DNA of 64,000 bases from an uncultured Pelagibacteraceae bacterium (GCA_902545035.1 CACCEJ010000005.1:2126-66125); one strand, 5' to 3'. Shown: positions 11,053-21,974, numbered from the stretch's first letter. The notes: a model not told the origin generated them from the letters alone. Numbers and translations are program-made.

Positions 11053-12555
11053 TTGTTATTAAACACTGTTAAAGTATACCCGTCAAAAGTTAAACTTCCA
11101 AAGAAGAAACAACTTGCTTGGAAAATTGCTGAGATTGCCTCTGACAATACTAAATTAAATAATGATGCGATAGAAATGTCTATTAATAGAATAATTGACA
11201 ATGCTTCAGTCGCTATTGCTTCATTAAATAGAAAACCAGTTATATCTGCAAGAGAAATGGCAAAAGCTCATTTAAGGAAATCAGGTTCAACTCTATTTGG
11301 TATAAATTCTAAAATAAAATTTGATGCTGAGTGGGCAGCTTGGGCAAATGGAACCGCTGTTAGAGAATTAGATTTTCATGATACTTTTTTAGCAGCTGAT
11401 TATAGTCACCCTGGTGACAATATCCCTCCGATTTTAGCTGTTGGACAAAAACTTAAAAAAAGTGGATTAGATCTTTTAAGAGGAATTATTACAGCTTATG
11501 AAGTTCAAGTTAATCTGGTGAAAGGAATTTGTCTTCATAAACATAAAATTGATCACATAGCTCACTTAGGGCCAAGCGTTGCTGCTGGTATAGGATCAAT
11601 GTTAAAACTAAATACTGAAACGATCTACCAGGCTGTCCAACAAGCTCTCCACGTTTCTATTTCAACTCGTCAATCTAGAAAAGGTGAAATTTCGAGTTGG
11701 AAGGCATATGCACCTGCGCATGCTGGTAAATTAGCAATAGAGGCAGTTGATAGAGCAATGAGAGGTGAAGGTGCACCCAGTCCTATTTATGAGGGAGAAG
11801 ACAGCATTATTGCTAGAATATTAGATGGAAAGAAAGCACGATATAATATTCCATTGCCAAAAAAGGGTGAAACCAAAAAAGCTATTCTAGAAACTTACAC
11901 AAAAGAATATTCTGCAGAATATCAAGCTCAAGCATTAATTGATATTGCTAAAAAATTAAATAAAAAAATTTCTGACTTAAAAAATATAAAAAAAATAGAT
12001 ATTTATACAAGCCATCATACACATTATGTAATTGGTACCGGTGCAAATGATCCACAAAAAATGGACCCAAATGCATCTAGGGAAACTTTAGACCATTCGA
12101 TTATGTATATATTTGCAGTAGCTCTAGAGGATGCAAACTGGCATCATGTGAAATCATATACAAAATTAAGAGCTAATAGAAAAAGTACTATAAAAATATG
12201 GAAATGTATAACAACACATGAAGATAAAAAATGGACAAAGAAATATCATCATCCAGATCCAAAAAAGAAATCTTTTGGAGCAAAAGTTGTTGTTACTTTA
12301 AAAAATGGTAAAAAAATTTCTCAAGAGCTTGAAAGAGCTGATGCACATCCATATGGAGCGAGACCATTTCAAAGAAAAGATTATATTAAGAAATTTTTAA
12401 CTTTAACTAATAAAATATTGTCTAAAAAAGAGAGTGTTAGATTTATCAAAACTGTACAAAATTTAAAGAAACTAAAAAAAGGGAATCTTGATAAATTAAA
12501 TATTGAGGTGAGTATAAAATATTTAAAAAAAAATAATAGAAAAGGGATTTTTTAA
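11053..12555 (+). CDS. prpD: 2-methylcitrate dehydratase (MmgE/PrpD family)
   Basis: [21 protein letters not shown] and HKIDH motifs; first gene of a prpD-prpB-prpC operon. Confidence 0.9.
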   Translation: MLLNTVKVYPSKVKLPKKKQLAWKIAEIASDNTKLNNDAIEMSINRIIDNASVAIASLNRKPVISAREMAKAHLRKSGSTLFGINSKIKFDAEWAAWANGTAVRELDFHDTFLAADYSHPGDNIPPILAVGQKLKKSGLDLLRGIITAYEVQVNLVKGICLHKHKIDHIAHLGPSVAAGIGSMLKLNTETIYQAVQQALHVSISTRQSRKGEISSWKAYAPAHAGKLAIEAVDRAMRGEGAPSPIYEGEDSIIARILDGKKARYNIPLPKKGETKKAILETYTKEYSAEYQAQALIDIAKKLNKKISDLKNIKKIDIYTSHHTHYVIGTGANDPQKMDPNASRETLDHSIMYIFAVALEDANWHHVKSYTKLRANRKSTIKIWKCITTHEDKKWTKKYHHPDPKKKSFGAKVVVTLKNGKKISQELERADAHPYGARPFQRKDYIKKFLTLTNKILSKKESVRFIKTVQNLKKLKKGNLDKLNIEVSIKYLKKNNRKGIF

Positions 12556-13452
12556 ATGCATTTTGTTGAGAAAGATTTAACTCAAAAAAGAATTGACTTA
12601 GATACCAAGCTTAAATCCAATAAAATTCTAAGAGTGCCTGGTGCATACAATCCTTTAACAGCTAAATTGATAGAAGAAATTGGTTATGACGCAGTCTATG
12701 TGTCTGGTGGTGTAATGGCTAACGATTTAGGCTTTCCAGATATTGGTTTAACAACCCTTCAAGATGTTAGCACCAGATCTTATTTAATTTCAAGAGTAAC
12801 AAATCTTCCAACAATTGTTGACATAGATACTGGATTTAAATCCTGCAAGGAAACAATTGAAACATTTGAAGAATTTGGAATTGCCGCTGTTCATTTAGAA
12901 GATCAAATAGAACAAAAAAGATGTGGTCATTTAGATAATAAAGAACTTATTTCTAAAGAAAAGATGGTTTCCAAGATAAAAGAATGTGTAAGCGCTAGAA
13001 AAGATAAAAATTTTAAAATCATAGCTAGATCAGATGCAAAAAGTGTTGAAGGAATTGATAGCATGATTGATAGATGCAAAGCATATGTTGATGCGGGTGC
13101 TGAAGTAATTTTTCCAGAGGCTTTAAAAGATGAAAAAGAGTTTGAATTAGTAAGAAAATCCCTTGATTGTTATCTTTTAGCCAATATGACAGAATTTGGA
13201 AAATCAAAATTACTTAATTATAAACAACTTGAAGACTTGGGATACAACATTGTTATTTATCCAGTTTCCACTCAAAGATTAGCAATGAAAAATGTTGAAG
13301 ACGGTTTACGTGCCATTTTTGCTGATGGACATCAAAACAATATTATTGATAAAATGCAAACGCGGAAAAGATTATACGATTTAGTTGAATACGAAAAATA
13401 TAATGCTTTAGATGAAAAGATTTATAATTTTAATACAGATGGACACGAATAA
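12556..13452 (+). CDS. prpB: Methylisocitrate lyase
   Basis: PDIGL, DIDTGF, LEDQ..KRCGHL and ANMTEFGKS motifs. Confidence 0.93.
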   Translation: MHFVEKDLTQKRIDLDTKLKSNKILRVPGAYNPLTAKLIEEIGYDAVYVSGGVMANDLGFPDIGLTTLQDVSTRSYLISRVTNLPTIVDIDTGFKSCKETIETFEEFGIAAVHLEDQIEQKRCGHLDNKELISKEKMVSKIKECVSARKDKNFKIIARSDAKSVEGIDSMIDRCKAYVDAGAEVIFPEALKDEKEFELVRKSLDCYLLANMTEFGKSKLLNYKQLEDLGYNIVIYPVSTQRLAMKNVEDGLRAIFADGHQNNIIDKMQTRKRLYDLVEYEKYNALDEKIYNFNTDGHE

Positions 13453-14576
13453 TGAGTGATGAAATCAAAAAAGGATTACTTGGAATAGTTGTTGACGAAA
13501 CAGAAGTTTCTAAAGTAATGCCAGAGATAAATTCTTTGACTTATAGAGGATATGCTGCTCAAGATTTATGTGCAAAATGTAAATTTGAAGAAGTCGCTTA
13601 CCTTATATTAAATGGCGAACTACCAACCAAAAAACAACTAAAAAAATTTGAAAAAGAAGAAAGAAAAGAGAGAAAACTATCTAAAACGTTGTTAGATGAT
13701 ATTAAGAAGTTTCCAAGAAAAGCTCACCCCATGGATGTAGCAAGAACAGCAGTGAGCATTATGGGACTTGAGGATAAAGAGACTAAAGACAACTCTCCTA
13801 AAGCCAATATGAGAAAAGTTATGAGAATTTTTGCAAAAATGCCTGTTGCACTTGCTGCATTTTATAGAGCAAGAAAAGGAAAAAAAATTATACCACCAAA
13901 AAGTAAACTCTCATTTTCCGAGAACTTTTTTCACATGTGTTTTGGGAAAGTTCCAAATAAAGACATAGTAAAAGCTTTTGATGTATCTCTTATTCTGTAT
14001 GCAGAGCATAGTTTTAATGTTTCAACTTTTACTGCAAGAACAATAACTAGCAGTTTATCAGATATTCACGGAGCAATAACCGGAGCAATAGCTAGTTTAA
14101 AAGGAGCTCTTCATGGAGGTGCTAATGAAGAAGTTATGCACATGATGAATAAAATTAAAAAACCTGAGAACGCACTAAAATGGATAAATAAAGCATTAGA
14201 TAATAAAGATGTTGTTATGGGTTTTGGTCACAGAGTTTACAAAAGTGGAGACTCGAGAGTTCCGACAATGAGAGAATATTTTGGAAAAGTTGCAAAAATA
14301 AAAAAAGATAAAAAGTTCGAAAAAATTTATGACATCGTAGAAAAGGTAATGATTGATAGAAAAAATATTCATCCAAATGTTGACTACCCTACTGGTCCAA
14401 CTTATCATTTAATGGGATTTGATACTGATTTTTTCACTCCAATATTTGTAATCTCTAGAATTACTGGTTGGTCAGCACATATAATTGAACAACACGCTGC
14501 TAATAAATTAATAAGACCTCTAGCAAGTTACAAAGGAAATAAACACAGAAGAGTTCTTCAATTAAATCAAAGATAA
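13452..14576 (+). CDS. prpC: 2-methylcitrate synthase
   Basis: LTYRGY, YAEHSFNVSTF, LHGGANE, GFGHRVY and PNVD motifs; prp operon context. Confidence 0.9.
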   Translation: MSDEIKKGLLGIVVDETEVSKVMPEINSLTYRGYAAQDLCAKCKFEEVAYLILNGELPTKKQLKKFEKEERKERKLSKTLLDDIKKFPRKAHPMDVARTAVSIMGLEDKETKDNSPKANMRKVMRIFAKMPVALAAFYRARKGKKIIPPKSKLSFSENFFHMCFGKVPNKDIVKAFDVSLILYAEHSFNVSTFTARTITSSLSDIHGAITGAIASLKGALHGGANEEVMHMMNKIKKPENALKWINKALDNKDVVMGFGHRVYKSGDSRVPTMREYFGKVAKIKKDKKFEKIYDIVEKVMIDRKNIHPNVDYPTGPTYHLMGFDTDFFTPIFVISRITGWSAHIIEQHAANKLIRPLASYKGNKHRRVLQLNQR

Positions 14577-14759
14577 TTACTCTATTGAGTTTTCTTCCCT
14601 CATTAGGATTGGTCTACCATCATGTGCAGTGTTAAGAGGTATAATCTTTCCTTTATACTTTGCACATAATGTAGGTGCACTCCTAGTTTCATTCCCTAAA
14701 TTAACCTCTAAATCAACAATAACTAACTTTGCATCATCTAGTTCTTTTAATATTTTCAT
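14577..14759 (-). CDS. Small hypothetical protein
   Basis: 60-aa ORF with an upstream AAGGAG RBS, filling the intergenic space. Confidence 0.7.
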   Translation of the reverse strand: MKILKELDDAKLVIVDLEVNLGNETRSAPTLCAKYKGKIIPLNTAHDGRPILMREENSIE

Positions 14760-14823
14760 ATTTCGACTCCTTTAATTTATCACTCTATTTTATTAATATA
14801 ATTAAATACTCAATACATAATTA

Positions 14824-15393
14824 TTACAAATAATTTACTACATCTGCCGGATTTGGTCTTTTTCGCTCTTTAGGTTCCTCAATTTTATGCCCTATATAAA
14901 TAAATCCAGAAATTTTATCAATTCCAACTCTACCCCCAAGATAGGTTAACATTTTGTCATTATAAGAATACCACTCCGTTAACCACTGTGCAGCATATCC
15001 AAGAGATTGTGCACAAGATAACAAATTCATGCATACTGCCCCGGAGGATAAGTGCATTTCCCATAAAGGTATACTTGGATGATCTACAGGTGTTGATAAA
15101 ACTGCTATCACTGCTCCAGCTCTTTGAAGTTTTTTTGACTCAATTTCTTGAAAATTTTTATCTGAGTTTGGATTTTTTTTAATGTACTCACTTAGTATTA
15201 TTTCTTTATCTACGATTGCAAGTTTTTCACCTTGAATTATAACTAATTTCCAAGGGTTTAATGCACCGTGATCTGGCACTCTAATTCCAGCTTGAATTAT
15301 TTGGTTTAGGTCATTCTCTTTAATTGGCTGAGAAGACATTTTTCTTGCCAAAACTGATCTTCTTTTTAAATAAAAATTATTATTTGTGCCCAT
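14824..15393 (-). CDS. Nitroreductase (YdjA-like)
   Basis: RRS, RVPDHGALNPW, AQWLTEW and GFIYIG motifs. Confidence 0.9.
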   Translation of the reverse strand: MGTNNNFYLKRRSVLARKMSSQPIKENDLNQIIQAGIRVPDHGALNPWKLVIIQGEKLAIVDKEIILSEYIKKNPNSDKNFQEIESKKLQRAGAVIAVLSTPVDHPSIPLWEMHLSSGAVCMNLLSCAQSLGYAAQWLTEWYSYNDKMLTYLGGRVGIDKISGFIYIGHKIEEPKERKRPNPADVVNYL

Positions 15394-15436
15394 TTATTAA
15401 TCTTTCTTCCGCACAGTTTATTTATTTTTTTTCCGC

Positions 15437-15622
15437 TTAATCTAAGTCCAGATCACCACATTGCGTTTCTGTAAAAACGCAAGTTGAATAGTGGTAAGTA
15501 GTCTTAACGTCTTTAACAACACCAAGAGCGCCACCCTCTATTGTCCCCGTTACAGTATTACAGCCTGTAAGTAGTGTAAAAATACCTATTATTGATATTT
15601 TTAAGAAAAAGCCTCTGTCCAT
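15437..15622 (-). CDS. Small lipoprotein, entericidin EcnA/B-like
   Basis: Lipobox LTG-C followed by CNTVTG...KDV; overlaps the nrdB 3' end. Confidence 0.55.
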   Translation of the reverse strand: MDRGFFLKISIIGIFTLLTGCNTVTGTIEGGALGVVKDVKTTYHYSTCVFTETQCGDLDLD

Positions 15623-16608
15623 GACCCTCTAGTCGATGCTTTTGAATATTCAGTGGCTCTACCCTCAAAAAAGTTCATATGTTCTACAGCATTCAACATA
15701 GTATCAAGCCAAGTTAGTGGATTTTTTTGAACGTCATAAATAGGTTCTAAACCTAGCTGATCTAATCTTCTATTTGCAATAAACCTTATATATTCTTTAA
15801 CTTCTTTTGCTGTTAAACCTTCCATAGGTCCCATCTCAAAAGCTAAGTCAATAAAAGAGTCTTCATGTTCAACTATAGTTCTACATGCCTCGTAAAGTTC
15901 TTTTTTAAGTTTCGGAGTCCATATTTCAGGATTTTCTTTAATAAACTCCTTAAAGATTCTAATCATTGAATTACAGTGAAGTGTTTCATCTCTTACTGAC
16001 CAAGTAACAATTTGGCCCATTCCTTTCATTTTATTGTGTCTTGGGAAATTTAGTAAGATTGCAAAACTAGCAAATAATTGTAGACCTTCAGTAAATGCAC
16101 TAAAAACTGCAACAGTTTTTGCAATATCCTCTTTTGAATTTACATTGAAGCCCTGCATATAATCATATTTATCTTTCATCTCTTTATATTTCATGAAAGC
16201 TGAATATTCTGACTCTGGCATTCCAATAGTATCTAAAAGATGTGAATAAGCTGCAACGTGAACAGTCTCCATAGATGCAAAAGCAGTCATCATCATTAAA
16301 ACTTCAGTAGGTTTAAATACAGTTGTATAGTGTCTTAAATAGCAATTATTAACCTCAACATCAGCTTGAGTAAAAAATCTAAAAATTTGAGCTAATAAAT
16401 TTTTTTCTGGTTGTGATAAGTTTTTTTGCCAATCTCTTACATCGTCTCCTAGCGGAACCTCTTCAGGAAGCCAATGAATTCTCTGTTGAGTTAACCAGGC
16501 GTCATAACACCATGGATATCTAAAAGGTTTATAAACTGGGTTCTCAACTAATAAACCCATTTTTTTTGGTTGAATTATTTCTTTATTAATTTTTTCTGCT
16601 ACTGACAT
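15601..16608 (-). CDS. nrdB: Class Ia ribonucleotide reductase beta subunit
   Basis: HWLPEEV, FFTQAD, ETVH..AY, EGLQLF and RDETLH di-iron motifs. Likely start is the ATG at 16608 (ORF track extends to 16617). Confidence 0.95.
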   Translation of the reverse strand: MSVAEKINKEIIQPKKMGLLVENPVYKPFRYPWCYDAWLTQQRIHWLPEEVPLGDDVRDWQKNLSQPEKNLLAQIFRFFTQADVEVNNCYLRHYTTVFKPTEVLMMMTAFASMETVHVAAYSHLLDTIGMPESEYSAFMKYKEMKDKYDYMQGFNVNSKEDIAKTVAVFSAFTEGLQLFASFAILLNFPRHNKMKGMGQIVTWSVRDETLHCNSMIRIFKEFIKENPEIWTPKLKKELYEACRTIVEHEDSFIDLAFEMGPMEGLTAKEVKEYIRFIANRRLDQLGLEPIYDVQKNPLTWLDTMLNAVEHMNFFEGRATEYSKASTRGSWTEAFS

Positions 16609-18536
16609 GATAAACACTCCTCATAATCTTGTTGATTGTTGCTTTCTTCTTTTGATTTATAAACGTTTGCTGCAATGTCAGTTGAATTTGCATCATTAAC
16701 ATTTTCAGCACGTTGTATTGATTTAGACCTGCAGTAATAAAGACTCTTCAAACCTTTCTTCCAAGCTTGGAAGTGGATTTGATGTAAGTCTCTTTTGTGT
16801 ACGTCTGCTGGTAAAAATAAGTTAATAGATTGAGCTTGAGAAATATGAGGCGTTCTGTCTGCACTCAAATCTACAAGCCACCTTTGATCCAACTCAAAAG
16901 CTGTTTTAAAAACATCTTTTTCATCTTGAGTTAAAAAATCTAAATGTGAAACAGATCCTTGGTTTGTTGTAATACTTGACCAAACCTCATCTGTGTCTTT
17001 TCCATGTTTTTCTAATAGTTTTCTTAGGTATTTGTTACGTACGTTGAAAGATCCTGAAAGTGTTTTATGTGTGAAACTATTTGCAGCAATTGGCTCAACA
17101 CCAGGTGAAGTTCCACCACATATAATAGATATAGATGCTGTAGGAGCTATTGCGGTTTTATTAGAAAACCTCTCCATAATTCCATAATCAGCAGCATCTG
17201 GACATGGTCCTCTTTCCTCTGCCAAATCTTTAGAAGCTTTATCTACATTTTTATGAATATGTTCAAAGATCTTTTTATTCCAAGCTTTACTCATAACAGA
17301 TTCGATTGGGATCATTTTCTTTTGATAATAAGAATGAAGTCCCATCACACCCAATCCAACACTTCGTTCTCTCATTGCTGAATATGTTGCATCACTGAAT
17401 TGATCAGGTGCATTTTCTATAAAATCTGTCATTACGTTATCTAGGAACCTCATTACATCTTCTATAAAGTTTTCATCATCTTTCCACTCATCATACTTCT
17501 CTACATTTAATGACGATAAGCAGCATACAGCAGTTCTATCTCTTCCATCTTTATCAATTCCTGTTGGAAGTGTAATCTCGCTACAAAGATTTGAAGTTTT
17601 AACATTAAGACCAGCAAGTTTGTGATGTTGAGGAATTTGTCTATTTACAGTATCAATGAAAACAATATATGGTTCACCCGTTTCAATTCTAGCTGTAAGT
17701 AATCTTATCCATAAATTTCTTGCAGAAACTGTCGCTTGAACAGCTCCATCTTTTGGACTTTTTAGTCCCCATTGCTCATCTAGTTCAACAGCTCTCATAA
17801 ATGCATCTGAAACTAAAACACCATGATGAAGATTTAGAGATTTTCTATTTGGATCTCCTCCAGTAGGTCTTCTCATTTCAATAAATTCCTCAATTTCTGG
17901 ATGATCAATTGGAATATAACAAGCTGCAGAACCTCTTCTAAGTGAACCTTGACTTATTGCCATTGTTAATGAGTCCATTACTTTAATAAATGGAATTATC
18001 CCTGAGGTTTTTCCAACTCTTCCGATTTTTTCACCTATTGATCTAAGATTGCCCCAGTAACTTCCAATACCACCTCCTCTTGCAGCAAGCCAAACATTCT
18101 CACTCCACAAATCTAAAATACCGTTAAGACTATCACTTGCTTCATTTAGGAAGCATGATATTGGCAGACCTCTAGTTGTTCCTCCATTTGATAAAACTGG
18201 TGTTGCTGGCATAAACCACAAATTACTTATGTAGTTATAAAGTCTTTGAGCATGTAAATTGTCATCAGCGTAATGACTTGCAACTCTTGCAAATAAATCT
18301 TGAAAAGACTCGTTCGCACCTAAGTATCTATCTTTGAGAGTAGCTTTGCCGAAATCAGTTAAATTATTATCTTTGCTTCTATCAATTTTGATTGTTATAC
18401 CTTTTGAATTCTGAAATAATTCTGTTTCACTATTTAGGGAAAATAAATCTAATCTTTTATCTTTAGCATCTTGATTCACTTTTGGTGTATAATCGGAGAC
18501 AGCTTTCCTAATAGCTTGTGATAAAATCTTGTTCAT
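16599..18536 (-). CDS. nrdA: Class Ia ribonucleotide reductase alpha subunit (no ATP cone)
   Basis: PATPVLSN, ISCFL, SNLCSEI, APTAS, SLYYCR and C-terminal CLSCQ. Confidence 0.96.
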   Translation of the reverse strand: MNKILSQAIRKAVSDYTPKVNQDAKDKRLDLFSLNSETELFQNSKGITIKIDRSKDNNLTDFGKATLKDRYLGANESFQDLFARVASHYADDNLHAQRLYNYISNLWFMPATPVLSNGGTTRGLPISCFLNEASDSLNGILDLWSENVWLAARGGGIGSYWGNLRSIGEKIGRVGKTSGIIPFIKVMDSLTMAISQGSLRRGSAACYIPIDHPEIEEFIEMRRPTGGDPNRKSLNLHHGVLVSDAFMRAVELDEQWGLKSPKDGAVQATVSARNLWIRLLTARIETGEPYIVFIDTVNRQIPQHHKLAGLNVKTSNLCSEITLPTGIDKDGRDRTAVCCLSSLNVEKYDEWKDDENFIEDVMRFLDNVMTDFIENAPDQFSDATYSAMRERSVGLGVMGLHSYYQKKMIPIESVMSKAWNKKIFEHIHKNVDKASKDLAEERGPCPDAADYGIMERFSNKTAIAPTASISIICGGTSPGVEPIAANSFTHKTLSGSFNVRNKYLRKLLEKHGKDTDEVWSSITTNQGSVSHLDFLTQDEKDVFKTAFELDQRWLVDLSADRTPHISQAQSINLFLPADVHKRDLHQIHFQAWKKGLKSLYYCRSKSIQRAENVNDANSTDIAANVYKSKEESNNQQDYEECLSCQ

Positions 18537-18573
18537 TTAGCTCCTTTTTTGTACTATACTTAATTTAGTAAAA

Positions 18574-18620
18574 CAACTAGATGTTGTATGATGATTTGGT
18601 AATTACACTATATAACCAAC
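18574..18620. promoter_or_regulatory. Tandem NrdR boxes upstream of nrdA
   Basis: CAACTAGATGTTGTAT (18574-18589) fits the consensus acaCwAtATaTwGtgt. A partial second box, ACACTATATAaccaac, starts exactly 31 bp away at 18605. Confidence 0.7.
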
Positions 18621-18694
18621 AAATCAATAGAACATTTATAGAACTTGTAAAAAAATTATCAATAAAAAAATAAAAGAAATATAAAAATATCAAC

Positions 18695-20149
18695 ATGCAA
18701 AATTCAATAAAAATTGATCCATTTGGCTTTAGAGAGTACGACGCCCGATGGTTGTATCCTGACGACATCAATTTAGAAGGTGTGACAAATTTGGGAAAAG
18801 GTTTAGGGACACAAGTTATCAGTCATACCAATAGAAAAAATCCAAGAATCATTGTTGGTCATGATTACAGATCTTATAGTGAAGAAATAAAAACAGCACT
18901 TAAAAAAGGGCTCGTATCAACTGGGTGTAACGTTGAAGATATAGGATTATCTTTGTCACCTATGGTTTATTTCGCACAATTTAATTTAGAAAGTGATGCA
19001 ATAGCGATGGTAACAGCAAGTCACAATGAAAATGGATGGACGGGTGTAAAAATGGGGATTAAAAAAGGATTAACTCACGCTCCAGAGGAAATGCGAGAGC
19101 TAAAAGAGATAACATTAAATAATAAATTTACAGAGGGTCATGGTAGTGAGAAAGAGATAAGTAATTTTCAAAATATTTATAAAGTTGATCTAATAAATAA
19201 AAATAAAATTAATAAAAAAATCAAAGCTGTTGTTGCCTGTGGAAATGGAACAGCAGGAATATTTGCACCAGATATATTAAGAGGTATTGGTTGTGAAGTT
19301 ATAGAGTTAGATTGTAATTTGGACTATACGTTCCCTAAGTATAATCCAAATCCAGAAGATCTAGAGATGCTACATGCTATTAGTAAAAGTGTCCTAGAAA
19401 ATAATGCTGATATTGGTTTCGGTTTTGATGGTGATGGTGATCGTGTTGGAGTTATTGATGATAAAGGAAATGAAATATTCTCAGATAAAATAGGTTTATT
19501 AATTGCCAGAAATTTATCTAGTACTCATAAAAATTCTAAATTTGTAGTGGATGTAAAGTCAACTGGTTTATATTCAACTGACGAAGTTTTAAAAGGTAAT
19601 TCTTGTGAAACACTATATTGGAAAACTGGACATTCCCACATTAAAAGAAAAGTAAATCAAGAACAAGCTCTTGCTGGTTTTGAAAAAAGTGGTCATTTCT
19701 TTTTTAATCAACCTTTAGGCTATGGATACGACGATGGAATAAACTCAGCAATACAAGTATGTCATTTACTAAATAATAATAATAAAAAAATGAGTGAAAT
19801 AATTATTGAACTACCTAATACTTATCAATCTCCGACAATGGCTCCATTTTGTAAAGATGATGAAAAATATCAAGTTGTTGATGATTTAATTAAACAAGTA
19901 GAAAATATAAAAAAAAATAATATTAAAATTGATAATCAAGAAATTAAAAATATTCTAACAGTGAACGGTATTAGATTTACTTTTGATGATGGATCCTGGG
20001 GCTTAATAAGAGCTTCATCAAATAAGCCTTCATTAGTAGTGGTAACTGAGAGTCCTACCTCAAATGAAAGAAAGAAAAAAATCTTCGATTTTATTGATGA
20101 TTTACTTCAAAAAACTGGCAAAATTGGTGAATACGATCAAAAGATTTAA
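18695..20149 (+). CDS. Phosphomannomutase/phosphoglucomutase
   Basis: FREYDAR, TASHN, FDGDGDR, GFEKSGH and RASSN motifs. Confidence 0.95.
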   Translation: MQNSIKIDPFGFREYDARWLYPDDINLEGVTNLGKGLGTQVISHTNRKNPRIIVGHDYRSYSEEIKTALKKGLVSTGCNVEDIGLSLSPMVYFAQFNLESDAIAMVTASHNENGWTGVKMGIKKGLTHAPEEMRELKEITLNNKFTEGHGSEKEISNFQNIYKVDLINKNKINKKIKAVVACGNGTAGIFAPDILRGIGCEVIELDCNLDYTFPKYNPNPEDLEMLHAISKSVLENNADIGFGFDGDGDRVGVIDDKGNEIFSDKIGLLIARNLSSTHKNSKFVVDVKSTGLYSTDEVLKGNSCETLYWKTGHSHIKRKVNQEQALAGFEKSGHFFFNQPLGYGYDDGINSAIQVCHLLNNNNKKMSEIIIELPNTYQSPTMAPFCKDDEKYQVVDDLIKQVENIKKNNIKIDNQEIKNILTVNGIRFTFDDGSWGLIRASSNKPSLVVVTESPTSNERKKKIFDFIDDLLQKTGKIGEYDQKI

Positions 20150-20980
20150 TTAAAGATCTAAAAACCTTATTAAAAAAAGAGTTCCTATAACATACAAAAA
20201 TACCCCAAACATTCTCTGTGTTTTGTTTTTATCTGTAGTGTGAACCATATTAGCGCCAACACGGGCCATGAATGATGTTATGGGGATAAATATAAGAAAA
20301 GCAGGAATATTAACAAAACCTAAGCTTAATGGTAGGTTTGCATTCAATAAAAAACCAGAAGTTAAAAAACCAATAGAACCAATTGAAGCTATTACAAATC
20401 CTATAGCAGCTGAACTCCCTATTGCTCTACTAATTGGATATCCAAAATATCTTAATATTGGAACATTCATCATTGCACCAGTAATTCCCATGGGTGCAGA
20501 TATAAAGCCAGATAAAAAACCAAAAGTTGCTTTTGGAAAAAACTTAAATTTTTTATTTTTTTTTAATTCTTGTTTTACTAACAACAAATATCCACCAAAA
20601 AAATAGACAACAACAGCAAAGAACAAAACTAAAGATTTTGTATTTAACAATGCTGCCATATAAGTACCAAGCAAGACACCAAATATAACGAATAGTCCAT
20701 AGGTTTTTAAAATATTTATATCTACTGCTTTATGTTTTCTGTGTGTCATTACCGAAACAAAAGATGTAAAAATAGTAATAGAAAAAGCTGTACCAACTGA
20801 TAAGTGCATTAAATATGATTCATCAATATTTGCAGTCTCAAAAATAAAAAAAAGTACTGGTACTGAAATTAATCCACCTCCAATACCAAAATATCCCGCA
20901 AAAAAACCAACTGGGAATGCAGTTAGTAACATTAATAAAATAAGTAGGTAGTACTGATTTGATAAAATTGTATTAATCAA
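20150..20980 (-). CDS. TSUP/TauE family membrane transporter
   Basis: GFFAGYFGIGGGLISVP repeat and multiple TM segments. Confidence 0.85.
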   Translation of the reverse strand: MINTILSNQYYLLILLMLLTAFPVGFFAGYFGIGGGLISVPVLFFIFETANIDESYLMHLSVGTAFSITIFTSFVSVMTHRKHKAVDINILKTYGLFVIFGVLLGTYMAALLNTKSLVLFFAVVVYFFGGYLLLVKQELKKNKKFKFFPKATFGFLSGFISAPMGITGAMMNVPILRYFGYPISRAIGSSAAIGFVIASIGSIGFLTSGFLLNANLPLSLGFVNIPAFLIFIPITSFMARVGANMVHTTDKNKTQRMFGVFLYVIGTLFLIRFLDL

Positions 20981-21974
20981 TTTGACCTGCCGAATGTAAC
21001 TTGGGAGAAAGTTTAACTTTATCCATAATATGATCTATTTTTTTTACATCCGCATCTCTTACACACATATTTTCACTTAAATATCTTTTCCAGTGGCTTG
21101 AGCCAGTTTGACCATGAAATAAACCAAGAGTATGTCTCATCACCTGATTTACTCTTGTGCCTTTTTTAACTTCAGCTTTAACATAGTCAATTAATTCTTC
21201 TATAATTTCTTCTCTATCTTTGATGTCATGGTTGTCAAATATTTCATTTTCGATTTCTGCTAAAAGGTACGGCGAATGATAAACTGACCTTCCAATCATA
21301 ACACCATCAACTTTATCTAAATGATTTTTAACTTGATCAGTTGTTGTAATTCCTCCATTTATTATTATTTCTAAATCTTTAAAATCTTGTTTTAATTTGT
21401 AAACATAATCATATTTTAAAGGTGGTATATTAAGATTTTGTTTTGGAGTAAATTTTCCAAGCATTGCTTTTCTTGCATGAATAATAAAAGTCTTAACGCC
21501 TGTTTCTTTAAGTGTGCTTATAAAATTGTAAAAATGTTCGTAATCTTCAACATCATCATAACCAATTCTAGTCTTAACAGTGACTGGAAGTGATGTAGAA
21601 TTGATCATCTCTGATAAACACTCTGCTACAAGATTTGGCTCTTTAATTAAACAAGCTCCAAATTTATTTTTTTGAACTTTTTTGCTTGGACATCCTAAGT
21701 TTAAATTTATTTCATCGTAGCCAAATTCTTCACCAATTTTTGCTGAATTTGCTAACAATTTTGGAGCGGATCCACCTAATTGCAGAGCAACAGGTTTTTC
21801 TCTGAGATCAAAAGATAGTAATTTTTCCTTATCTCCCCTATCAATAGCTTCTGAAACTACCATTTCTGTAAAGAGAAGAACGTTTTTACTTATTAACCTT
21901 AAGAAGTATCTTTCATGTCTATCAGTGCAGTCCATCATTGGAGCAACTGATACAAGTCTGTTAATTTTAGACAT
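20973..21974 (-). CDS. dusA: tRNA-dihydrouridine synthase A
   Basis: APMMDCTDRH, NLNLGCPS, PPLKY, INGGI and MIGR motifs. Confidence 0.93.
   Translation of the reverse strand: MSKINRLVSVAPMMDCTDRHERYFLRLISKNVLLFTEMVVSEAIDRGDKEKLLSFDLREKPVALQLGGSAPKLLANSAKIGEEFGYDEINLNLGCPSKKVQKNKFGACLIKEPNLVAECLSEMINSTSLPVTVKTRIGYDDVEDYEHFYNFISTLKETGVKTFIIHARKAMLGKFTPKQNLNIPPLKYDYVYKLKQDFKDLEIIINGGITTTDQVKNHLDKVDGVMIGRSVYHSPYLLAEIENEIFDNHDIKDREEIIEELIDYVKAEVKKGTRVNQVMRHTLGLFHGQTGSSHWKRYLSENMCVRDADVKKIDHIMDKVKLSPKLHSAGQID

Noticed and set aside
18577-18771. 64-aa minus-strand ORF upstream of nrdA
   Set aside because: It overlaps the PMM start and the NrdR boxes and has low-complexity composition; likely spurious.
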